Positions 1 through 10,315 of a stretch of DNA of 64,000 nucleotides are shown one piece after another. The notes beneath the pieces were generated by a model. The model was given only the letters and a program-made list of their open reading frames with translations. It searched no databases and was not told where the DNA came from. Source of the DNA: a virus (lineage: Duplodnaviria > Caudoviricetes). Location of the stretch: positions 1,494 through 65,493 of IMG/VR virus record IMGVR_UViG_3300020470_000690; one strand, 5' to 3'. Positions within the stretch are counted from its first letter, which is position 1. Every line of letters begins with the position of its first letter. The translations under genes were made by a program, and so were the position numbers.

Positions 1-178
1 CACGAGTGTAATCATAATCTTTCTTGAGTTGTTCTGTAGGACCAGTTATGTTAGCAAGTTGTTCTTTCCTAGGGGCACAACCCCCTTCGGGTATAATAGA
101 AGTCTCTACATCGAGAGCTTTCTCTATACCATCAAACTTACTCGTCTTGTCCTGTTGTTGGGTTCCTTGACTTGCCAT
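1..178 (-). CDS. gp16: Terminase small subunit, 5' part (truncated by window edge; not in ORF track)
   Basis: Manual translation from ATG at 178: MASQGTQQQDKTSKFDGIEKALDVETSIIPEGGCAPRKEQLANITGPTEQLKKDYDYTR. The DY(D/E)YTR motif and the position right after gp15 match cyanophage gp16. Overlaps the end of gp15. Confidence 0.75.
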   Translation of the reverse strand, partial: MASQGTQQQDKTSKFDGIEKALDVETSIIPEGGCAPRKEQLANITGPTEQLKKDYDYTR

Positions 179-1175
179 CAGTAAATTCAGCGTATAGTTC
201 ATTAAATCCAAAGTCATCACCGACCTCAACCAGTGCATGATCATCAGCATCTATCTTAAGGATATTGCTATTAATAGCATGTCCAGCAATAGTGCTGTTG
301 TTCCATCCACGATTGACGTGCCATGTACTTCCTACTATTCTGGTGACATGCATCACCTCGGTACCAATTTGTATCTCATCTCCAACGACGGCAGCAGAAG
401 AATCAGTAATGGAGATAATACCATCATTGATATCCATTGCAGCAGAAAGAGTTGTGATAGCATTAGCATCTCTATCAATAAGTGATGCTGGTGTAGCAGT
501 ATACCTGACTTCTCTTGGAGCAGTAGCAACTGCCTCTGTAGAGTAATCGACGATTGCCTTCTTGATAACAGCGTCAGTAGACTGAACAGGACCATACAGA
601 TATGTCTTAGCAACAAACTGTAAGGTATAGACCAGAGTCCTACGTGTATCATAATCACCTTCATACTGATCATCGTAAGCAACGTTAGTCAGCGTGACAG
701 GATAATCTCTCTTCTCTCCCAGAGAAGGAATCAAGTTCATTGTTATATTAAAACTTGGTTGGAAGAATGGGAGAATTTGCTCAAGAATCTGGAGAGAATC
801 ATCCTGGTTCTTGGCAAGGATTGCCAACTCAAAAGATACATTATATGGTATTGGCATGAAACCCTTACTAGTTGTACTACCATCAGTCTTTCTTATGTAC
901 TGAGTGGGAGAAACCTTTCGGGTTGCATCATATGAGATACCAACTATCTCAAATGAAATTCTTGGTAGTGTGATCTGTACTTGATCTTTAGTAGATAGAT
1001 CTCCTACTTGACGTAACCTAGCAAGAAACTTTTGCTTAGGACCATAGGCAAGGGGTACTTTCATCACTTCAGTCTTAGCTCCTGAAGTACGACGAAGCTC
1101 AATATTATTAAACAGTGTACCGAAACCGACAACTGTCTTTTTGATTATCTCATGATAACTGTACGTACCTAACAT
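138..1175 (-). CDS. gp15: Tail sheath stabilizer / tail terminator (T4 gp15-like)
   Basis: Motifs FGTLFNNI, KVPLAYGPKQKFLARL, LPRISFE, LQILEQILPFFQP; synteny gp13-gp14-gp15-gp16. Confidence 0.93.
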   Translation of the reverse strand: MLGTYSYHEIIKKTVVGFGTLFNNIELRRTSGAKTEVMKVPLAYGPKQKFLARLRQVGDLSTKDQVQITLPRISFEIVGISYDATRKVSPTQYIRKTDGSTTSKGFMPIPYNVSFELAILAKNQDDSLQILEQILPFFQPSFNITMNLIPSLGEKRDYPVTLTNVAYDDQYEGDYDTRRTLVYTLQFVAKTYLYGPVQSTDAVIKKAIVDYSTEAVATAPREVRYTATPASLIDRDANAITTLSAAMDINDGIISITDSSAAVVGDEIQIGTEVMHVTRIVGSTWHVNRGWNNSTIAGHAINSNILKIDADDHALVEVGDDFGFNELYAEFTDGKSRNPTTGQDE

Positions 1176-2050
1176 TAGATGCTACTCCCCTTGTTTCCAA
1201 ACTCACCAAAGGGGTTACCTTGGGTGAAATCAATGATTCCATCTGCTTGCGTTTCGAACGTAGCATTGGCATCAAACTCACTATTAACATTATTTATGGT
1301 ATTGTATGTCGATGTAGTCCATGCAGCACCGCTAGACTGCCCTGTGAGCGTCTCAGGGACGGTAAAGATACCTGTACGGTTATAAACCTGTAATTGGTTA
1401 TTTCCAGCGTCAAAGGACTTAACTTCAGCAGATACATTAGATGTACCACCAGTGATAGTTTCTCCAACTGTGTATGTACCAGTACCACCTGCAACTAGGT
1501 TGACAGTGATAGCATTGGCAAAGTTGGCTTCTATCGCATCTACAGCAGCAACACCTGTATCTATATCCTCGTCGCTGTATTCGAACAACTCACAGCGTAG
1601 TCCCCATACATATTGCTCACCTAATGTATAGAAAGGAACTTCGTGCTCTACGAATTGTATCTCAAATGTTTTATTAGCTAGTGGTAAATGAATTAGATCA
1701 CCCTCATTAGGTCTACCTTCTACAATGAGTTGTGCATTATCATCTACTGCTGCTGTGAACCTGCGTTTTGATATAACGAAGGTAACTTGGTCCTGAATTC
1801 TGACTCCAAACTTAGAGAAAATATCGCCGTCACCCCTAAAACCACCAGCATCCTCAATATACACTTCCACCTCAAAGGCACCTGTGAATTTTGATAGGGT
1901 GTCTTCTCCAAAAACTCCATCCTCCTTTACTAATGTTCTAGGAATGTAATAAACATTCTTCCCAAACATCTTAATCTGTTCATCTACAAGATCTTGGGCA
2001 AGACCTTGTTCTCCAGCAGTACCTTGTGTGAAATAAGTATTAAGTGCCAT
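1175..2050 (-). CDS. gp14: Neck protein (T4 gp14-like)
   Basis: EQIKMFGKNVYYIPR, FSKFG, RPNEGDLIHLP, FEIQFVEHEVPFY, CELFEYS, C-terminal DFTQGNPFG; synteny. Confidence 0.93.
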   Translation of the reverse strand: MALNTYFTQGTAGEQGLAQDLVDEQIKMFGKNVYYIPRTLVKEDGVFGEDTLSKFTGAFEVEVYIEDAGGFRGDGDIFSKFGVRIQDQVTFVISKRRFTAAVDDNAQLIVEGRPNEGDLIHLPLANKTFEIQFVEHEVPFYTLGEQYVWGLRCELFEYSDEDIDTGVAAVDAIEANFANAITVNLVAGGTGTYTVGETITGGTSNVSAEVKSFDAGNNQLQVYNRTGIFTVPETLTGQSSGAAWTTSTYNTINNVNSEFDANATFETQADGIIDFTQGNPFGEFGNKGSSI

Positions 2051-2051
2051 A

Positions 2052-2852
2052 TCATCCTATCATGTCCAGTGGTGGTGTTTCCCAAGTCGTACGTAACTGT
2101 TCGTCAAGTGTCTTGAGTTCTTCGATAGCATCGTTATAAATCATCTCTCCATTGAGAGTAACTCCACCTGGCATCTGTACATTCTGGAACTTGGTCATGT
2201 TCTGACCCCACTGTTTCTTAATCCTTGCTGAGACATAATCTTTTAACCACATCTGATTATAGATCTCTGTCCATGTAGTAGGATCAAGTGCCCTCCAACA
2301 TTTGATAACGATGTACTGATCTTCTAGAGAATCCTCTGTCCAATCAAAATCTATATGAAGTCTGTTTTGTACTGCTTGATATCTTACAGGTTTCATACCC
2401 TCAAGTATCCAGTCAATACTCTGTAGGTGAGACTGAATCATGTAGTAGTGATAGAACTGTGTAGACGTAAAGTCATACAAGTCATTAAGTCTCATTTGAT
2501 AACGAATATCAAACATGTTTCTTGTACCTTTATCAGTAAAGGCAAAGAGACCTTCTATCGCTAGTACATGATCTGGTATGGAAAGGAAGTTTGTTTGCTC
2601 ACCCCATTGTGTTGTATTATCTACACCAACACTATTAGAGTATGCCTTACCAGCAGTAATCTCATCAGCAGTAAATTTATGCTTTAAATATACTCTCTCA
2701 GCACCATCATAATGATACTGTTGGAACTTCTGAATACCATAATCTATTGCGTCATCAACTTGATCGTCTGACACATTAATTTCTAATACTGGTTTACCGA
2801 GTCTACGGAGACAGTATTCTTTTAATTCAGATTTTGAGGTTGGGATTGCCAT
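2052..2852 (-). CDS. gp13: Neck protein (T4 gp13-like)
   Basis: ELKEYCLRRLGKPVLEINV, WLKDY...IKKQWGQNMTKF...PGGVTLNG; synteny. Confidence 0.94.
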   Translation of the reverse strand: MAIPTSKSELKEYCLRRLGKPVLEINVSDDQVDDAIDYGIQKFQQYHYDGAERVYLKHKFTADEITAGKAYSNSVGVDNTTQWGEQTNFLSIPDHVLAIEGLFAFTDKGTRNMFDIRYQMRLNDLYDFTSTQFYHYYMIQSHLQSIDWILEGMKPVRYQAVQNRLHIDFDWTEDSLEDQYIVIKCWRALDPTTWTEIYNQMWLKDYVSARIKKQWGQNMTKFQNVQMPGGVTLNGEMIYNDAIEELKTLDEQLRTTWETPPLDMIG

Positions 2853-2856
2853 TTAA

Positions 2857-5800
2857 TTAACGTGATAGAGCGGCGAGTGCAGCCTTAAGTTGTGCAACAG
2901 TTGTTACAGAAGCGTCATTACCAATAGCATTTAATTCGGTATAGAGATCATCAATATCACTATCATTGGTGGTTGCCTGTGTACCTTGTGCAGCAGTTGC
3001 ATATGCAGTAGAGGCAGTGGTAGCAGCAGATCCAAGTCCAAGAGTTGTCCTTGCAGCAGCAGCGTCTGCGTCATCTACGAGAGTTGCACCATATGCACTA
3101 ACAGCAGAAGATGCAAGTTTTGTTTCTACAGCAGTCTCAAGGTCTTGTAATGCACCCTTAGTAGTTTCATTGTCAGCAATAGTTGTGCCAGTGAAAGTGC
3201 CAAGGTTATCAGATGCAGCAGATACACCAGTCAATGTGATGAGGTGGTCTACATCTAAGTCTGCCTTAGAAGACTTGGTTATACTGAATACACCAGTACC
3301 TGAGTTGTATGAGAGATCTCCACCAGCAGATACAGCACCACGTGCTCTAGCATCTGTGTAGTATAGATTGCTTGATCCTTCAGATAGGTCATCGGTATCA
3401 GCAGCAGCAATTCTTGCGTCTGCCCTAGCATCTGTATAGTAAAGATTGTTTGATCCTTCAGAGACTGTATCAGTATCACCCTGAGTATATGTCAATACAC
3501 CAGTGGTGGAATTGTATGCTAGTTGTGTGCTGTTCTCAGAGATAGCAGCTCTTGCTCTAGCAGTTGTATGATAGAGGTTAGAAGATCCTTCTGATACACC
3601 ATCAGTGTCAGGTGTAGTGTATGAAATAACACCAGTGCCACTGTTGTATGCTAAAGATCCACCAACACTGATATGACCACGAGTACGAGCAGCAGTGGTA
3701 AAGAGGTTAGTGCTGCCTTCAGTAATAGTATCAGAATTAATATCGGCTTGAGTAACAGATAGTGTATAAGTGTTTGCAGCATCATCGTAAACCTTAGTAA
3801 CACCAGTACCAGCGATGATAAGAGCATTTAACCTATCATCTACACGCTCATCTGTATAGTATAGATTGCTTGATCCCTCTGCTACATCATCTGTATCATG
3901 GTTGGATAGAGATGCAATAGTAGTTGGAGTTGTGTATGAGTATACACCAGTGGAAGCATTATATGCTAGGTCTCCACCTACACCTAAGTGTCCACGAGTT
4001 CTTGCAGCAGTAGTGAATAGATTTGTTGATCCTTCTGTTACATTGTCGGTATTGATATCAGACTGAGTAACGGAAAGAGTACCACTGCTGTGAGTAATAC
4101 CAGTGCCATATGTAAAGTGTCCTCTAGTTCTTGCAGCAGTTGTGAATAGATTAGTGCTGCCTTCAGTAACATTGTCGGTATTGATATCTGCCTGAGTAGT
4201 ACTCAAGGTTAAGATGTTACCTGCGTCATCATAGGTAGCAGTAATACCTGTGCCACCAGTGATAAGAGCATCAACTCTATCATCTACACGCTCATTGGTG
4301 AAGTAAAGATTAGTTGATCCTTCTGATAGAGCATCAGTATCATGGTTAGCAATACTACCAACCTGTGACTGACCGTATGTGATGTTACCAGTAATAGTTA
4401 AGTTACCCTGAACCTCAAAGTCAGTAGTTGATCTGAAGTTACTAACTGTAAGTCTGTTAGTAGATGGGTTATAGGTAAGGTTAGTAGAGTCTGTACGTAC
4501 CTCAGTGTTACCTGTATTCGAAGAAACGAATGTAGGATAGTAAGTTAAGTTTGATGAGGTAGTATCTGTAACACCAACTAGGGTTGCAGTGTCAGCATTA
4601 CCAGTCAGAGCACCAGTTACATTACCAGTGATCTGTCCCGTTACACCGAGTGTGCCACCGATGGTGGTGTTAGTTGTTACGTCAAGACTATTAGTTGTGG
4701 TTAATCCAGCAGCAGTAATGTTACCTGAGGTGGATTGTAATTCCACCTTAGTAGTACCAGAACCATTCTGTAGCTTAAGTGTCTTAGTAGATCCCTTAAC
4801 AACAACATCATCCTTAAAGAGTGATGTACTATTCTGTGTGATAGTTCCACTGAAGGTGGAGTTACCATCTACATTAAGAGTGGTATCAAAGTCAACTGCA
4901 CCTGTTACGTTAAGGTCAGCAGTGACTGTTGTTGCTTCATTAACATCTAAAGTACCGTCAATAACTGTGTTACCAGTTGCACCAGCAACTGTGAACTTAG
5001 TAGAGTTAACGATAATAGAACCACCGACTGTTACACCAGCAGTTGTGGTTACACTGGAAGCATTGACTGTGGTTAGTGTGGAAGTACCTGTTACATCAAG
5101 GGTTCCTCCGAAATTGGCATTACCAGAAGCACCATTTAAGGTGATAGTAGTACCAGCGTTAGGTCCTAAGAATAGATCAGAACCAACGTATACATCTTCA
5201 TCAACAGTTACACCACCAGCAGTTACCATCAAAGCAGCATTGCCAGATAGTGATGTTGGGTTAGTGTTATTGGTGAGAGATGTGAGTCCAGTTACTCCTA
5301 ATGTATTAGTGACATTCGTTGCACCATTTACATCTAGAGTTCCCTGAATATCTGTATTACCATTGTCAGTATCAATGGTGAACTTATCTGCACCTGCAGC
5401 AGTCTGTACTTTAAATGATTTGTTGTCAGACTTAACGATCAGGTCATCCTGTATTGTTGCAGTACCATCTACATTCAGTGTAGTGTCTAGGTCTACTGCC
5501 TGTGTGACATTAAGAGTGTCATCAATAGTTGTTGCACCCTCTACATTCAGAGTGCCTTGTATATCTGTATTACCATTGTCAGTATCAACACTGAAGATAG
5601 TAGCACCAGCTCCAGTCTGTACTGTGAATAACTTATTATCTGCCTTAACGTTTAACGAATCAGTAATCGTTGTTAATGCATCAACGTCAAGAGTACCATT
5701 AACAGTAAGGTTATCATCAACGATAGTCTCACCAGTATTAGAATCTAAAGTAAGGTCACCAGCAGATGTACTAATCTCAGATGATCCATCTACAGCAATC

Positions 5801-8800
5801 TTAATGTTATCAGCAGTGATATCAGTAGATGTGACTGCCTGATTAAATGTTACTGTACCTGTGACGCTATGTGAGTCAGTAGAAGCAGATCCAATAGTAG
5901 CATTTCCATCTACTTGGAAGGTTCCATCTACCTCAGCATTGTCTGTGATATGTACCTTACCACCAGCAGAATCTAGGACAAGGTTCCCAGTAACTGTACT
6001 AATTTCGTTACTAGCATCCACGCCGATCCTAATATCATCAGCAGTAATATCTGTCGAGGTAACGGCTTGGTTAAAGGTAACTGTTCCAGTAACACTATGT
6101 GCGTCACCAGAAGCATTGCCGATAGTGGCATTACCATCAACTGTAAAAGTACCATCGACTTTAGCGTTTCCATCAACATTGAGATTGTTGTCTACGTCTA
6201 GGTCATCTGTTACATTTACTGTACCAGCATCAGAATCAAGAACTAAATTACCTGAACTTGTACTGATCTCATTAGCAGCATCAACACCAATCTTGATGTT
6301 ATCAGCTGTAATATCTGTGGATGTAATTGCTTGGTTAAAGGTTACTGTACCTGTAACGGTATGCTGATCTCCTGATCCGTTACCAATGGTAGCATTACCA
6401 TCTACCTGTACAGTTCCTTGGATGATTGTATTACCTGTACCAGCATCAACTGTAAACTTCGCTGTATTAATTGCGAAATCATCTGTTACATCAAGAGTTC
6501 CTGTTACATCTAAGTTTCCACCAATAGAAGCGTCGTCTGTGACTGTTAGATCATCACCAACAAATAGGTCAAGACCAATACCAGCACCACCACCAACTAT
6601 CAGAGTACCTGTAGCAGAGTTAGTAGCATTAGTAGTATCAAAGAGTTTTAAACTACCAGCATCAATACCTGATCTATCCCCTGCAAAGACTTCACTAGAG
6701 TTAGTTGCATCATTAAAGAGTGCAAAACGACTAGCAGAGTTGTCCCAACCGAACCAACCCAACTTAGCAGAACCACTATAGTATCTAAACTCAACACCAC
6801 GATCCTTACCATCATCAGAACCAGGAGCAGTATCTCCACCCAAGGTAATGATAGGATCATCTAATGTCACCACAGTGCTGTTCACTGTAGTTGTAGTTCC
6901 ATGTACTACAAGGTTACCATCTACAGTAGCGTTACCACCAACAGTAAGGTCAACTCCAGTAGCAAGAGAGACGTTAGCATTAAATGTTGGGGTTGCGTTG
7001 ACTGTTAGGGAGTCTCCAGAAGCATCACCAATAGTAGTATTACCATCAACTACTAAATCACGGTTTAATAAGGTGTCACCATGAACAGTTAGAAGACCAG
7101 CCGTTGCAGTACCCAGACCGTTCCTACCAATTTCAGTGTTACCATTATCAAAATCAACGGCAAACTGTGTTTGAGCTGCATTGTTCCGTATGTTAAAAAC
7201 TTTATTGTCGCTTTGGAAAATAACATCGTCGTAGATAGTGGTTGTACCATCTATCGTTACGGTGTCATTCATATCAACCGCACCATCTACATTAAGAGTG
7301 GTGTCAAAGTCTACTGTTCCATTAACAGTAATGTTATCTGTGAACGTAGTGACTGAGTTAACAGTAAAGACATCACTATTGGCATTACCAATTGTTGTCA
7401 GACTACCGTTAACAGTCAAGTTGTTAGCGAGTGTGGTAGCACTAGTTACGTTTAACGTACCTTCTATAACTGTGTTACCATTTGTGGAGGATACAGTGAA
7501 CTTATCTGCAGTTCCATTATTAATCTTAAATGTCTTACCAGTAACATCCATTAGGAAGTCATTATGGAAGACTACATCACCATCAACATCTAACTCAGCA
7601 TTAAGTGTGGTATTTCCATCTACATCTAAAGTACTGTTTAAGGTAGCACCACTATCGATGTCCATCGTGCCATCGGTGTGGAAGTTACCATTGTCAGTAT
7701 CAACCCAGAATAAGTTATCACCATTTGCATTCTGGACCATAAATCCTTTATTATCTGCCCTGACATAGAAGTCAGAGTAGAAGTATGCATCACCATCAGC
7801 ATTAGTTGTACCTTTGATAACTGTGTTACCGTTATCAGAATCAACTGTAAATTTATCTACACCAGCTTGGTTCTTAATTGCAAATTCTTTATTATCTGCT
7901 TCTAAGATAATATTATTAGTAACCTTAGTTTGACCTGCAATAGTTACAGTGTCACCAACATTTACTTTCTCAGATATACCTACACCACCTGTGACTACCA
8001 GAGTCCCCGTAGTGGTAGAGGTAGATCCTGTGTTGGTTGTGAGAGCGAGGTTACCAGCAATGAGAGCAGCATCAGTCCCAGTAAAGATTTCAGACGAGTT
8101 TGTGGCATTGTAGAGGAAGCGATAGCCGCCAGTGCCTGACCATATATTAGCGTTTGCATAACTTTCATCCCAACCGAAGAAACCCACACGTGCCTGTGAG
8201 TCATAATATCTAAATTCTACACCACGATCTTTGTTATCATCTGTAGTTGGAGCAGTATCTCCACCTAAAGTAATGATAGGATCATCTACCGTGATAGTAG
8301 TACTATTAACTGTAGTAGTAGTACCTTGTACTAAGAGGTCACCTAAGATCTCTACTGTACCTGTATTTTGTCCATTATCATCTGGATCGAGGACCAAGTT
8401 ATTGCCAGGATCGCAAGCCAGAATATTAGATTTCGCATGGAAATGCTCAAAACAAACTCTTGCATCAGGATGAGTTGCAGTTAGAACCATGCCCTGATCA
8501 GCAGTGATGTTAATCGCTGCTTCACCTGCACCAGAGTTGGTACACATAATGTTCAGAACTCTATCGCTAGAACTGTTCTGAGTTTGACGGATCTCAAAGT
8601 TACCGTCACCATTCTTTTCTAGTAACTGATCAGTTGCTCCATCTAAGAATATATCAGGATCACTAATTACAGTTCTTACATTAATATCAACTTCACCAGC
8701 ACCACCATCACCAGTATTATTAGCACTGAAGAGGAGGTTGCCCGAAGTATCGTTGATCTTGGCATAGTTTAAGTAATTAAAACCTCTATAACCAGTAGTT

Positions 8801-10011
8801 GCTGTTAACTCCTGATCTAAATCGAAGTCTTCTTTAGTGTTCCCATCAGCAAATGATATTCTACTGTTCTGTAACTGGTTATTATCTACACCAGCATCAG
8901 CAATCTTAACAAAACCACCTTCATCACTACCAGCAGACCAAGTAGTTACATCAAAATCTTCTTGATCAAATGCTGCTAGTCCTTTCTGAGCAGTTAGAGC
9001 AGATCCGAGATATCTCCAAGATCCTGTATCGGAGGTGTCCGTGTGATTCGGTTCACTGCCGCCAGAGTTAATAGCAAGGATAGCCTGATACAGCCTATCA
9101 TTTGAGTTTTTGACCTGATCATTTCGTGCATATGTTGTACCTGAGTTCCATGCTGGTGCCTCTGTACCTTGAGTAGCAGTAGCAATAGCAGATGTAGATG
9201 CAGCAGTTAAACGACCATATCTATCAACTGTAAAGTTGGTTGTGTTAACTGTTTCATCACCTGTAGTCACTGACACTAATGGTGTGTCTAAGTTACCAAC
9301 AGGGTTATAACTACCAACAACAACAGGAGTATCTGCTAGGTCAATAGTTGGGTTAGCACTTGTTCCAGTACCATCAGCAACTAAGATACGAGCAGCACTA
9401 CCAACGATCTGCCTATTAACTAAGGTGTCATCTGCAGAACGTGATATTAAACCAAATCCTGTCATATTTGACAGAGATGTCAACTCACCGTTTAACGGTT
9501 GAGCGTCAGCAATACCATAAGCACCCAAAGTTGTTGGAGTGCTACCTGTAACAACACGACCTCTAGAGTCAATTACTAACTGTGTATATGTACCAGTAGC
9601 AGATAAATCGTTGGGGTCGTAGTGAGGTAATCCAGGTTGATAGTTTAATTCTGCAGTAATATTAATGTTTGCTGATCCATCAAAGCTAGCAGAACCAGAC
9701 ATGTCACCTGTTAAGGTGAAACTACGTGCAGAAGCAAGACGAGTCGCAGTAGCAGCATTACCGATAAGTGAAGCAGTAATGGCACCTGCCTCGAAGTTAC
9801 CGTCAGCATCTCTCTTAACAAGTGTATTAGCAGTGTTCGATTCTGTTTCTAGTGGACGCTCATACTTTAGTGAGTTCCATGGGGTTACACCATCTCCTAT
9901 CTTCAGTCGAGAGGTATCTAATTCGATACCTAGCTCACCCTGAGCAAGGACTGGGTTGACGTTAGCCCACTGCTGTGCACCGTCACGTCTTAATTGTATT
10001 CTATTTGCCAT
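2857..10011 (-). CDS. Long fiber protein (2384 aa) in the wac/fibritin position, with Mtd_N-like N-terminus and multiple beta-repeat blocks
   Basis: N-terminus RIQLRRD...W...NPVLAQGELGIELDT...KIGDG...WNSLKY; T/G/V/D-rich repeats; lies immediately upstream of gp13. Confidence 0.8.
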   Translation of the reverse strand: MANRIQLRRDGAQQWANVNPVLAQGELGIELDTSRLKIGDGVTPWNSLKYERPLETESNTANTLVKRDADGNFEAGAITASLIGNAATATRLASARSFTLTGDMSGSASFDGSANINITAELNYQPGLPHYDPNDLSATGTYTQLVIDSRGRVVTGSTPTTLGAYGIADAQPLNGELTSLSNMTGFGLISRSADDTLVNRQIVGSAARILVADGTGTSANPTIDLADTPVVVGSYNPVGNLDTPLVSVTTGDETVNTTNFTVDRYGRLTAASTSAIATATQGTEAPAWNSGTTYARNDQVKNSNDRLYQAILAINSGGSEPNHTDTSDTGSWRYLGSALTAQKGLAAFDQEDFDVTTWSAGSDEGGFVKIADAGVDNNQLQNSRISFADGNTKEDFDLDQELTATTGYRGFNYLNYAKINDTSGNLLFSANNTGDGGAGEVDINVRTVISDPDIFLDGATDQLLEKNGDGNFEIRQTQNSSSDRVLNIMCTNSGAGEAAINITADQGMVLTATHPDARVCFEHFHAKSNILACDPGNNLVLDPDDNGQNTGTVEILGDLLVQGTTTTVNSTTITVDDPIITLGGDTAPTTDDNKDRGVEFRYYDSQARVGFFGWDESYANANIWSGTGGYRFLYNATNSSEIFTGTDAALIAGNLALTTNTGSTSTTTGTLVVTGGVGISEKVNVGDTVTIAGQTKVTNNIILEADNKEFAIKNQAGVDKFTVDSDNGNTVIKGTTNADGDAYFYSDFYVRADNKGFMVQNANGDNLFWVDTDNGNFHTDGTMDIDSGATLNSTLDVDGNTTLNAELDVDGDVVFHNDFLMDVTGKTFKINNGTADKFTVSSTNGNTVIEGTLNVTSATTLANNLTVNGSLTTIGNANSDVFTVNSVTTFTDNITVNGTVDFDTTLNVDGAVDMNDTVTIDGTTTIYDDVIFQSDNKVFNIRNNAAQTQFAVDFDNGNTEIGRNGLGTATAGLLTVHGDTLLNRDLVVDGNTTIGDASGDSLTVNATPTFNANVSLATGVDLTVGGNATVDGNLVVHGTTTTVNSTVVTLDDPIITLGGDTAPGSDDGKDRGVEFRYYSGSAKLGWFGWDNSASRFALFNDATNSSEVFAGDRSGIDAGSLKLFDTTNATNSATGTLIVGGGAGIGLDLFVGDDLTVTDDASIGGNLDVTGTLDVTDDFAINTAKFTVDAGTGNTIIQGTVQVDGNATIGNGSGDQHTVTGTVTFNQAITSTDITADNIKIGVDAANEISTSSGNLVLDSDAGTVNVTDDLDVDNNLNVDGNAKVDGTFTVDGNATIGNASGDAHSVTGTVTFNQAVTSTDITADDIRIGVDASNEISTVTGNLVLDSAGGKVHITDNAEVDGTFQVDGNATIGSASTDSHSVTGTVTFNQAVTSTDITADNIKIAVDGSSEISTSAGDLTLDSNTGETIVDDNLTVNGTLDVDALTTITDSLNVKADNKLFTVQTGAGATIFSVDTDNGNTDIQGTLNVEGATTIDDTLNVTQAVDLDTTLNVDGTATIQDDLIVKSDNKSFKVQTAAGADKFTIDTDNGNTDIQGTLDVNGATNVTNTLGVTGLTSLTNNTNPTSLSGNAALMVTAGGVTVDEDVYVGSDLFLGPNAGTTITLNGASGNANFGGTLDVTGTSTLTTVNASSVTTTAGVTVGGSIIVNSTKFTVAGATGNTVIDGTLDVNEATTVTADLNVTGAVDFDTTLNVDGNSTFSGTITQNSTSLFKDDVVVKGSTKTLKLQNGSGTTKVELQSTSGNITAAGLTTTNSLDVTTNTTIGGTLGVTGQITGNVTGALTGNADTATLVGVTDTTSSNLTYYPTFVSSNTGNTEVRTDSTNLTYNPSTNRLTVSNFRSTTDFEVQGNLTITGNITYGQSQVGSIANHDTDALSEGSTNLYFTNERVDDRVDALITGGTGITATYDDAGNILTLSTTQADINTDNVTEGSTNLFTTAARTRGHFTYGTGITHSSGTLSVTQSDINTDNVTEGSTNLFTTAARTRGHLGVGGDLAYNASTGVYSYTTPTTIASLSNHDTDDVAEGSSNLYYTDERVDDRLNALIIAGTGVTKVYDDAANTYTLSVTQADINSDTITEGSTNLFTTAARTRGHISVGGSLAYNSGTGVISYTTPDTDGVSEGSSNLYHTTARARAAISENSTQLAYNSTTGVLTYTQGDTDTVSEGSNNLYYTDARADARIAAADTDDLSEGSSNLYYTDARARGAVSAGGDLSYNSGTGVFSITKSSKADLDVDHLITLTGVSAASDNLGTFTGTTIADNETTKGALQDLETAVETKLASSAVSAYGATLVDDADAAAARTTLGLGSAATTASTAYATAAQGTQATTNDSDIDDLYTELNAIGNDASVTTVAQLKAALAALSR
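3270..4345 (-). repeat. Eight DTDxxxEGSxNL(Y/F)xTxxR repeats in the fiber C-terminal region
   Basis: Counted in the translation, e.g. DTDALSEGSTNLYFTNER, NTDNVTEGSTNLFTTAAR (x2), DTDDLSEGSSNLYYTDAR. Confidence 0.9.
5730..6410 (-). repeat. Three ~78-aa tandem repeats in the fiber
   Basis: VDGNATIG...H(T/S)VTGTVTFNQA(I/V)TSTDITAD(N/D)I(K/R)IxVD...EIST..G.L.LDS occurs three times. Confidence 0.9.
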
Positions 10012-10047
10012 TTGTAAGTAACGCTAGCTAGTCACTGGTCTCTTGTT

Positions 10048-10054
10048 TATTTAT
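10048..10054 (-). promoter_or_regulatory. T4-type late promoter (ATAAATA) upstream of the fiber gene
   Basis: + strand TATTTAT in the intergenic space 37 nt before the fiber ATG; matches the T4-like late promoter core (T)ATAAATA. Confidence 0.7.
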
Positions 10055-10057
10055 GCT

Positions 10058-10083
10058 ACAAAAAAGAGTCCCAGAGGGACTCT
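10058..10083 (-). terminator. Rho-independent terminator
   Basis: Minus strand AGAGTCCC-TCT-GGGACTCT followed by a T-run, directly after the stop of 10088..10315. Confidence 0.8.
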
Positions 10084-10087
10084 AGGT

Positions 10088-10315
10088 TTATTCAGTTGCT
10101 GTCTCTGCTGGAGTCTCAGTTTTTGGTTCCTCTGCAGGGGGATGTAGATATTCTAGAGTTTCTATTGCTCCCAAGAGTTTTAGAGCAGTAGATTCATTAT
10201 CCCGAATCTTTTGTTGTAATTTTTGTGTTTCACCTTGGAGTGTGTTATAACGATCCCTGAACTGTTGTAGTAGTTCTTCTGGGGATTGTTGCTCCGTCAC
10301 GTCAGCAGGCATCAT
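10088..10315 (-). CDS. Small coiled-coil hypothetical protein
   Basis: Heptad-like QQFRDRYNTLQGETQKLQQKI...LKLLGAIETLEYL; overlaps the upstream stop codon. Confidence 0.7.
   Translation of the reverse strand: MMPADVTEQQSPEELLQQFRDRYNTLQGETQKLQQKIRDNESTALKLLGAIETLEYLHPPAEEPKTETPAETATE

Noticed and set aside
2966-9943. Many plus-strand ORFs (up to 252 aa) opposite the fiber, and similar ones opposite gp7, VrlC and gp6
   Set aside because: Antisense shadows of biased codon usage in T/G/V/D-rich genes; low-complexity V/P/S/T translations with no recognisable motifs.
9860-10011. Mtd_N-like domain suggesting a diversity-generating retroelement
   Set aside because: No reverse transcriptase, no adenine-specific TR/VR repeat pair and no C-type-lectin-like C-terminus seen in the window; this N-terminal domain is a common fiber anchor.
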